Positions 57,644 to 64,000 of a stretch of DNA of 64,000 nt are shown here, piece after piece. Both the position numbers and the translations under genes were made by a program. The stretch lies in the IMG/VR virus record IMGVR_UViG_3300046170_000449, positions 1 to 64,000 of that record. One strand, given 5' to 3'. The stretch comes from a virus. Numbering within the stretch: the first letter of the stretch is position 1; each line of letters begins with the position of its first letter. The notes under the pieces are model-generated. The model was not told the DNA's origin. It made no database searches and saw only the letters and a program-made list of their open reading frames with translations.

Positions 57644-58186
57644 TTAGTTACATCTTAGGCAGGCTTTAATTTGCCAAGCTGCAGTGAAACAATCTTCAAT
57701 AATTTCACCACAGTAATTTTCAATATCAAAAGCATCCATCTTAGACGCTAGTTTAGCTACGTCTTTCGCACACATACCAAAAGCTTCTAAGTTTTCGTAG
57801 TAAGTTATAAGCATGGCAGTACCTTCATATGCTTTAATATGTTGAAACTTTTTACAAGAACCAAGCAAACCTTTACCACACATCGGCATAAGAAAATCAA
57901 GAGACCGTGTAAGTTCCCCGAGTCTGTCAAGTTGTTTCTGGTGTTTTTTATATTGTTCCTTGGTAAATTGGTGAACGCCAAAGAAGTTACCACCTTCAAA
58001 ATTCAAATGTACGAGGTGAGATTGCAAAATCAACTGAGCAGCAAAGCCAGACAACTGGATGAGTTCATTAGCCAGTCTGCTTACGGGTTCCTTTTTACTT
58101 TGGGGTTGTGGTTGATAGGATACTTTTTCTGGCTGCCTTTCAGGAGCGGATTGCGTTGGTTCAACAGGAGCAGCAGTAAAGACCAT
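57644..58186 (-). CDS. Dps/ferritin-like protein
   Basis: SHLVHLNFEGGNFFGVH...QY...DRLGE matches the Dps HWN..G..F...H...Y...D..AE pattern. Confidence 0.75.
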   Translation of the reverse strand: MVFTAAPVEPTQSAPERQPEKVSYQPQPQSKKEPVSRLANELIQLSGFAAQLILQSHLVHLNFEGGNFFGVHQFTKEQYKKHQKQLDRLGELTRSLDFLMPMCGKGLLGSCKKFQHIKAYEGTAMLITYYENLEAFGMCAKDVAKLASKMDAFDIENYCGEIIEDCFTAAWQIKACLRCN

Positions 58187-58243
58187 TTTCTTATTTATTT
58201 GTTATTCTTTATTCTAAACTAGAATTATATCTGATAAAAAACA

Positions 58244-58351
58244 ATGTCACATGTGTGGTACGGCAATACGATTATTCCTTTTCGTTATATTGTTAATCCA
58301 ATTAATGCAAACATCGAACCATCAGCTGATTGGGAAGAAGTTACAAGATAA
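58244..58351 (+). CDS. small hypothetical protein
   Basis: 35-aa ATG ORF after TAGAAT, abuts next gene. Confidence 0.4.
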   Translation: MSHVWYGNTIIPFRYIVNPINANIEPSADWEEVTR

Positions 58352-58576
58352 ATGCATCTATCACAGAAAGAAAAAGTGTTAATTAGCTTTCTGGGTATTA
58401 TTTTTTCAGCCCAGATCATTCTCTACGGGATTGGTCTGGCTTATTGCATGCGTACTGGTGGATTAAATGCATGTCCTGATATCGGAAAAAGAGGAGAGAT
58501 AATGTTTGCAGGAATGACCGCTACAGTATTAGCATTAATAACAAACATTGGCACTGGTGGACAAACACCAAAGTAA
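58352..58576 (+). CDS. small two-TM membrane protein
   Basis: two hydrophobic segments with an intervening Cys pair. Confidence 0.6.
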   Translation: MHLSQKEKVLISFLGIIFSAQIILYGIGLAYCMRTGGLNACPDIGKRGEIMFAGMTATVLALITNIGTGGQTPK

Positions 58577-58580
58577 ACTA

Positions 58581-58727
58581 ATGGACAAACATACAAAAGA
58601 AAATTGGGCAAAAGTAAAGGCGGCCTTGAAGACCGCCAATAAAACAGACACTTACTTTTATAAACGTGCTGTAGTTATTTGTGAAGGAGGATTAGATCCT
58701 TTAGAAAAAAGAACTAAGATCATTTAA
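58581..58727 (+). CDS. small conserved cyanophage protein (not in ORF track)
   Basis: MDKHTKENWAKVKAAL...KTDTYFYKRA. Confidence 0.6.
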   Translation: MDKHTKENWAKVKAALKTANKTDTYFYKRAVVICEGGLDPLEKRTKII

Positions 58728-58913
58728 GATTTGTTGTTCACTAGCGTGCCAGTCTTGTTGATTCTTAATGGCTTGTTTAAACGCCTGGTAAATTTCTCCA
58801 CCAGTCAAACCTTCTTTGTTCTTTGAACGTTCAACAAACGTACAAATAGTATCTTCAAAACATTCAATACAACTTTTGTATTGGTGTTCGAAGTTATTGG
58901 AGGTTGTAGTCAT
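58701..58913 (-). CDS. hypothetical protein
   Basis: coupled minus-strand ORF. Confidence 0.55.
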   Translation of the reverse strand: MTTTSNNFEHQYKSCIECFEDTICTFVERSKNKEGLTGGEIYQAFKQAIKNQQDWHASEQQILNDLSSFF

Positions 58914-59215
58914 CAGTCGTGGAGATTAGGTACGAAGGGTTGAGTGCAGGTTTCATCTTTGCAAGGTTCTTCTGGCAAAGGTAATGTTTCTAGCTGGCGC
59001 AGATCAGTCTGTTCAATAAATTTTTTGATGGCTTGCTGCTGCTCAAACCACATGGCCTTGCAGTAAGGGCCAGCTTCTTCCATACAAAACTCTTGCCAAA
59101 GACCTGTATACAAACCATTGGTACGACCTGAGTAGTCATACATGTGATCCATAAAGACAGTTCGTTGGTTTTGTTCATGGATGTTCCAAGTAGCCAGGTA
59201 TTTTTCTTCAGACAT
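58913..59215 (-). CDS. hypothetical protein
   Basis: FMDHMY..SGRTNGLYTGLWQ, a cyanophage-type motif. Confidence 0.6.
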   Translation of the reverse strand: MSEEKYLATWNIHEQNQRTVFMDHMYDYSGRTNGLYTGLWQEFCMEEAGPYCKAMWFEQQQAIKKFIEQTDLRQLETLPLPEEPCKDETCTQPFVPNLHD

Positions 59216-59408
59216 TTGAATCAGATAGAGTAACGTTTTCTATTGTAGAGAAGATGCCTTCGATTTCATCCTCTCGAAACTCTTTTAAGATTTCATGCAG
59301 ATCCGTTTGAAGTAAGTCTGCATACTCTTCTGGTGTACGACCTTTGAAAGGGTTGTACTTACACTCGAAGTCTAAAGAAAATCGAACGTTAACAATGGGG
59401 TTGGTCAC
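59208..59408 (-). CDS. hypothetical protein
   Basis: coupled minus-strand ORF. Confidence 0.55.
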   Translation of the reverse strand: MTNPIVNVRFSLDFECKYNPFKGRTPEEYADLLQTDLHEILKEFREDEIEGIFSTIENVTLSDSNV

Positions 59409-59439
59409 AGGTAGTTAAAAAGACTTTTAGATTATAGGC

Positions 59440-59709
59440 TTAATCAATCAAACGTTCAAGCGAATGGATCTTTGCATTTTGATATTCGCCTAACTTAGCT
59501 TGAATGATGTTGGCATAGTTAATAGCAGCTTCTACAATTTCCTCAGCATCTAATGAAGCTGAGATATTTGCATTAGCTAGCAAGCCAGCAACTAACGTTG
59601 TGACTTGCCACTCTTGTTTGGAACCGACTAAAGCAGGAAGAGGAGTACCACCTTGGGTTAGATTATCGAGAATGTAATAGATGTGTTGTTCGTAATCTTT
59701 GGACGTCAT
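59440..59709 (-). CDS. hypothetical protein
   Basis: 89-aa ATG ORF. Confidence 0.6.
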   Translation of the reverse strand: MTSKDYEQHIYYILDNLTQGGTPLPALVGSKQEWQVTTLVAGLLANANISASLDAEEIVEAAINYANIIQAKLGEYQNAKIHSLERLID

Positions 59710-59733
59710 GATGATACCCTTTTCTTTACTTTA

Positions 59734-60039
59734 TCATCCTTCGACAAAGAACCAGTATGCACGAGATGCATTCTTGTGATAACGTTTCGCATTAATTAAT
59801 TTAATACGACGCTCTTGCAAGTGTTGGATTTTGTTTTGATTGTAAGGTACCTCTTGATCTTCTTCAAGAGTTAACTCAGCATTCAATACATCCATCTGTA
59901 GTTCGATATCTTCTACTGCATGTTCATGACACTGTTGTTTAATTTCAGCATCTTCTTTGCTAGTAGGAATTTCTAATGTTGCATAAAAGTTTTTCTGTAA
60001 AGAAGGATGGAACTTATTCCAAGAATTAGTCTTTGTCAT
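59734..60039 (-). CDS. hypothetical coiled-coil protein
   Basis: likely start ATG 60039 (MTKTNSW), overlapping upstream stop. Confidence 0.55.
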   Translation of the reverse strand: MTKTNSWNKFHPSLQKNFYATLEIPTSKEDAEIKQQCHEHAVEDIELQMDVLNAELTLEEDQEVPYNQNKIQHLQERRIKLINAKRYHKNASRAYWFFVEG

Positions 60040-60670
60040 TAAGGATTCTTTTGGTTCTGATTTGATAGTTTTGTTTGACTGAGACCCCAGGGGGTAATTG
60101 TTTCCCATGGGTGTGACTTTCAAGGATGGACTCGACATTCGGTATACATCGATATTTGGTTTTTTCATCTTTCCGTAAGATTGTACTGCCATCAGATGAT
60201 CTACAAATAGTAGTGGTTGTGATCTCTTCTACGATACTGTATTCAGATTGTTCTTGTGCAGACCAATCTTCAATAGAAGAACTTACTTTAACAGTAGGTT
60301 GCGCATTGGGAATCACATGGTAGACGTATTTGTTACCAGTGAGTTTGTTTCCATCAGCGAAACCTCTTCGTCTAACTTCTGACAAAATAGATTTGAGTGC
60401 TGCAATCTCTGCTTTGTGGTGTTTCAAAGCAGCATCAAGAAGTTTCTTTTCTTCTTGTCCTACCTCAATTAGTTTTTCATGCTTAGTAATGTGGTAGTGA
60501 ATCCCATCTAATTTAGTAGAACGTAGATGAGCACACGCTTCAAGCTCGGCTAGGGCTAGCTCTTGCGACTCTTGTGTTAGTAGTGAAAGACTACTAGTAA
60601 GAGCTGAGTAATGCTTGTATAGCTCAAAGGTGTTGAGCTTATCAAGTTTGGTGTGAGTGATTTGAGTCAT
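60026..60670 (-). CDS. siphovirus Gp157-like protein
   Basis: KLDGI...coiled coil...GKQLPPGVSVKQNYQIR C-terminus. Confidence 0.6.
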   Translation of the reverse strand: MTQITHTKLDKLNTFELYKHYSALTSSLSLLTQESQELALAELEACAHLRSTKLDGIHYHITKHEKLIEVGQEEKKLLDAALKHHKAEIAALKSILSEVRRRGFADGNKLTGNKYVYHVIPNAQPTVKVSSSIEDWSAQEQSEYSIVEEITTTTICRSSDGSTILRKDEKTKYRCIPNVESILESHTHGKQLPPGVSVKQNYQIRTKRILNDKD

Positions 60671-60780
60671 CAAAATAAAGAGGTAACGTAGTTCATAGCC
60701 ATAGCAACACCAAAGGCTACTAGACCAGAGACAACTTCAGCTACAAAGTTGCCAGTAATAGATGCAAAGAAAGAGAACAT
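60670..60780 (-). CDS. small hydrophobic protein (not in ORF track)
   Basis: 36 aa single TM segment, TGATG coupling. Confidence 0.5.
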   Translation of the reverse strand: MFSFFASITGNFVAEVVSGLVAFGVAMAMNYVTSLF

Positions 60781-60787
60781 GAGTTAG

Positions 60788-61726
60788 TTACTTGGTTTTG
60801 AATGCGTGTGAGATGTGGCCGAGAGCTGTAAGAGGGAATGGAACAAAGCTATTACCCAGCATGTTGTCCAACAGATTCCATGCATCTTGTTGGGTATAGG
60901 TGGTGTCCTTGTTATAGAGACGCCACTTATCTAGTGTAGCCATTTGACCAGCTCTTGTGTAGATCACTTGGAAATGACCGTACTGTTCGTTGGCACCAGG
61001 TGGTGTGTAGTGCCAAGCCGTTGTGTTAGATGCAACGTTACCTCTGGACGCTTCGATCAATTCACTGCGCTTCACACAGTATTCACGAAACTTTCTGTGA
61101 TAAGCAATGTGCTTACAGATGGGCTGGTACCCTGGGATCTCTTTTCTAATCTCAGCTAGATGCTGTGACTGTTGTTGGAATGAACCACAGTTGCAATAAG
61201 GAAGAGTCTTTTCAGCTACATCTTCTTCTGCTGGTAGCTCTTCTTCAGTACCAATTGTAACCTCCTTCTGGCCTTTGACTCGGCCATCAGGAGAAACTAT
61301 GTAGCCTAAGTTGTATTCGTTTAATACATTTGTAATCTTTTCTTCGGAATCTAACAAGGAAAACTTGTCAGCCCATCGGTACTGTGCTTGAGTTTGAAAC
61401 AAACGTTCCGCTCCCTTTTGGGAATACAACCAACCTTTGAACAGAATATAGCAATTGTTTCTCCAGATGCTAGGCCCACGATAGTTAGGACCAAGGTAAG
61501 AGAAAAAGTCTGGAACACGAGACGTAAACTCTTGGAAGGCATTACGAATCAAAGCAGCATTGTACTTTTGACTTGACCCATCATGTCGCACGACAAGAAT
61601 GTTATCGTGTTGTTTGTGGATGCTTGCGATTTCAGTGTCATCAAACTCAGGAAAAGCACGCCTTATGTTTGATACAGAATAGATTAGTGCTTGTGCACTG
61701 TTCTTTTCAAGTAGTTGATTAGTCAT
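60788..61726 (-). CDS. SWIM Zn-finger protein
   Basis: YCNCGSF...CKHI. Confidence 0.6.
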   Translation of the reverse strand: MTNQLLEKNSAQALIYSVSNIRRAFPEFDDTEIASIHKQHDNILVVRHDGSSQKYNAALIRNAFQEFTSRVPDFFSYLGPNYRGPSIWRNNCYILFKGWLYSQKGAERLFQTQAQYRWADKFSLLDSEEKITNVLNEYNLGYIVSPDGRVKGQKEVTIGTEEELPAEEDVAEKTLPYCNCGSFQQQSQHLAEIRKEIPGYQPICKHIAYHRKFREYCVKRSELIEASRGNVASNTTAWHYTPPGANEQYGHFQVIYTRAGQMATLDKWRLYNKDTTYTQQDAWNLLDNMLGNSFVPFPLTALGHISHAFKTK

Positions 61727-61752
61727 GTAGAATAAAATTAAAATTTGAACAA

Positions 61753-61968
61753 ATGCTCAACTTCAAAGAATCACCCGAAGAAGAGTTTTGGAAAATAAAG
61801 ATGAAGCGTTACATTGATGAATGCCATTCAAAGAGTGAGTTGAAACAAATAGCAGCAATGCTTGTGGACATTGCTGCTACAAGACAGTGTGTTATCAAAG
61901 GCCTAGTTAAAGATACCCTTGATAACATGCACTCGCATTTAAATTACAGACGTGAGTCTGCACCATAG
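61753..61968 (+). CDS. hypothetical protein
   Basis: 71 aa, divergent, TAGAAT upstream. Confidence 0.55.
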   Translation: MLNFKESPEEEFWKIKMKRYIDECHSKSELKQIAAMLVDIAATRQCVIKGLVKDTLDNMHSHLNYRRESAP

Positions 61969-62939
61969 CTGTCTTTGCTTGCGGCTGGTAGTGCAGTGAC
62001 TACTTCCGCTTCAATTGTACGGGACTGAGGAAGGATTAAAACTCCTTCTTGGATTCCGTACGAACCACCAAGGCGACTAGCATCCTGCCTGGAATGCTGG
62101 TTGATGTAATCGCTGTACATCTCTTGGTATTTCCAGGTTGATTCACGATCTTCATCGGGGATTGAAAGATTACCAAGTGAGGTGAGTGCTGAGTCATTGT
62201 CTGAGTAATCAGGAATGTCAAAGGACTCAACAGCGCAGATCTCTACGTTGTTACTGCCTCTCATGTCACTAGTTAACGTAGGACAAAAGATTGTAGTAGC
62301 AAAGAACTGTTCGTTGTACTGCATAGGCACTTCAGTATCAAGTGCTTTAGATAAACACTTAGACATTTCTTTTTCAAAGAGGCGAATCTTCTCTGAAATA
62401 TCAGTGCCATTTAATCCTTTCAAGGTAAGAACAATAGGAATCTTGTGAGCCCTTTTGTTTTCCTTTGTCAGGATATAAATGAGGTACTTAGTACGTACAC
62501 TGTACTTACGTTTGTACATCTCATTCTTGCTAGCTGCAAGATCAGCAGCTGCTTTGTCTGCTTCAAACAGTTCTTTAACTGAATCGTTTTCAAAGGTACC
62601 GATGATTTGACGCATACCAAATTGCTGTTCAACCATAAGAGGTGAACGCAATAAGACTTGAACACGTGGAGTTTGGAAGTTTAAACCAAGTTCTTTTGAT
62701 GTGTTCGGTGGCATTCCAAAGGTTTGTTCGTAGTCAAAGATGACTGAACCCTTATCAAAATCAGATTCAAATGCAGTCCAGCCACAGTTCTCTAACTCTG
62801 ATTTACGAATAAACCAACCACGTTTCTTTGATTTGTTTAGGGGTTGGATCGTAACGAGTGGTTGATAGCCACTAACAAATCGTTTGTCATTGAATAGAGC
62901 AAAGCTATCCAACGAACGTTTAGCAAGAGCTGTTGACAT
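61944..62939 (-). CDS. conserved replication-module protein (DUF5895-like, possible SSB/annealing protein)
   Basis: likely ATG 62939; YLIYILTKENKRAHKIPIVLTLKG; directly downstream of polA. Confidence 0.55.
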   Translation of the reverse strand: MSTALAKRSLDSFALFNDKRFVSGYQPLVTIQPLNKSKKRGWFIRKSELENCGWTAFESDFDKGSVIFDYEQTFGMPPNTSKELGLNFQTPRVQVLLRSPLMVEQQFGMRQIIGTFENDSVKELFEADKAAADLAASKNEMYKRKYSVRTKYLIYILTKENKRAHKIPIVLTLKGLNGTDISEKIRLFEKEMSKCLSKALDTEVPMQYNEQFFATTIFCPTLTSDMRGSNNVEICAVESFDIPDYSDNDSALTSLGNLSIPDEDRESTWKYQEMYSDYINQHSRQDASRLGGSYGIQEGVLILPQSRTIEAEVVTALPAASKDSYGADSRL

Positions 62940-62997
62940 AGTAAAGGGGTGAGAAAGTAAACAAGCAAGGGACTTACACCGAATGGATGCCCTTGCC

Positions 62998-64000
62998 TTA
63001 GTGCGTATCATACCAGCTGTGGCCTGTCTTTACGTCGCCTTCGATCTTACATAAGAAGTCAAAACCTTCTCCGGCCATTACGTAAGAATTTAATATGTAT
63101 GGAATTAAGTCTTGCTCTATCCCTGGGCGACAAGACATTTGAATTTCATCATGGATAAAAGCATGCTGTACCCAATCCTTATCATAAACATAGCCCGCAT
63201 CATTTAATTCTTCATGGATATTAATAACTACTTGTTTCATTATTACTGCACCTGCAGCTTGTAACAAAACATTTAATGCTTTAAATTCAGAACGGCAATA
63301 AAGCGGTCTCTTATCAAGGCCAATGAGAAAACCTCGTGAGCCAAGAGTCGCTGCAAGTTGGCGTTTAAGTTCTTGTAATGCTGGTATTCCTTCAAGGAAT
63401 GAATTGATTGCTGTTCTTCCAAAACTTCTAAGTTTGTCTGGATCTTTTTCATTTGGATTAACAATGCCACCCGCTTTAAGAAAGCCAGCACCATAAAGAA
63501 CAGCATAAAGAAGACGCTTACTGATGTCTCTTGTACCCACTCCAAACATCTTTTGGTTATAGGTATGGATGTCTTGCGTGTCATCGATAACAACATTTCC
63601 ATACTCACCATCATCCCATAAAGCTAAATAACCTGCCAAACACCTTAACTCCAATGCTTTTGCATCCGAACCAATTAAGATCCAATCATTGGGAGCATGA
63701 AATAATTCTCTACATTCTTTACCATAAGGTGAATAAACAGCAGGTACTTGAGCCATGTTGGGATTACGATGACTAGCTCTGCCTGTGATACAACCATTAG
63801 TAATTAAATCTCCATGCATAACACTGTCTTCGTCTACTAGTTTCAACCAAGCATTGTTACCTTCTTTCATTTGGCCCAGGCGTTTCTTTAACAACATGTA
63901 CCTGGACAAAGGCTTAGCTTCAGGGTATGAAAGTTGAGCAAGGACTTCATCATTCAAGATTGCATTACCTTTATCTGTTACGTCTTTAGGTATCCATTTA
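62998..64000 (-). CDS. polA: DNA polymerase family A, C-terminal part (5' end outside window)
   Basis: TGRASHRNPNMAQVP, motif A DAKALELR, motif B RDISKRLLYAVLYG, motif C IHDE; frame open to window edge. Confidence 0.95.
   Translation of the reverse strand, partial: KWIPKDVTDKGNAILNDEVLAQLSYPEAKPLSRYMLLKKRLGQMKEGNNAWLKLVDEDSVMHGDLITNGCITGRASHRNPNMAQVPAVYSPYGKECRELFHAPNDWILIGSDAKALELRCLAGYLALWDDGEYGNVVIDDTQDIHTYNQKMFGVGTRDISKRLLYAVLYGAGFLKAGGIVNPNEKDPDKLRSFGRTAINSFLEGIPALQELKRQLAATLGSRGFLIGLDKRPLYCRSEFKALNVLLQAAGAVIMKQVVINIHEELNDAGYVYDKDWVQHAFIHDEIQMSCRPGIEQDLIPYILNSYVMAGEGFDFLCKIEGDVKTGHSWYDTH

Noticed and set aside
62965-62996. GCAAGGG...CCCTTGC hairpin after polA as a terminator
   Set aside because: The loop is long and there is no clear U-tract; it may be a processing or leader hairpin but I cannot support that.
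866-63614. Many short antisense or alternate-frame ORFs in the track (e.g. 4556-4909, 8248-8622, 33675-34004, 41677-42039, 57839-58222, 63273-63614)
   Set aside because: They are shadows of longer genes with recognisable motifs and lack independent signals.
1-64000. tRNA/rRNA genes and reverse transcriptase
   Set aside because: No cloverleaf with a T-loop consensus and no RT YxDD-type ORF were seen by eye; tRNAscan was not run.

Overview
This window is 64 kb of a tailed dsDNA cyanophage genome; the cyanobacterial host is inferred from an hli gene and a CP12-like gene. The gene content (N4-gp56-like capsid, PolA, Prim-Pol/D5 primase-helicase, Dps-like ferritin, dCTP deaminase, glycosyltransferases) recalls the S-EIVl-like lineage, which is an inference and not a search result. 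The + strand from 0.8 to 33.7 kb carries Gly/Ala-rich putative internal virion proteins, TerS?/TerL, portal, scaffold, MCP, head-completion proteins, cell-wall hydrolases and a lysozyme. From 33.7 to 38 kb lie mostly minus-strand genes (hli, DUF3310, dcd, a Dam-like MTase, an HTH protein). From 38.5 to 45 kb are tail fibres, a GH19 endolysin and a holin candidate. From 45 to 64 kb are replication and auxiliary genes, including a ~490 bp inverted-repeat ori candidate, ending in a truncated polA. The standout is at 13625-14680. An EndoVII-type homing endonuclease sits at a conserved GQ/EW-S-ARKAQ site of a small basic protein gene and is followed by a second copy of that gene's 5' half. The reading frame of that copy is broken at the same site by a 27-nt gap: TCG | TAGCC-GTAA-GGCTA-ACTA-ATTATT | TCG. 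The gap has matched take-off and landing codons, an immediate stop and a tetraloop hairpin, and it looks like a miniature T4 gene 60 ribosomal bypass element, suggesting an independent endonuclease-plus-bypass mobile cassette. Other notable signals are a recurrent [LI]AG[KR][YFW] motif in virion-region proteins, a CAA-TAA-CAA interrupted gene, a 593-nt portal/scaffold dual-coding overlap, a DGR-type variable region with no RT in the window, and an integrase/Xis relic. All family assignments come from motif recognition, not database searches.
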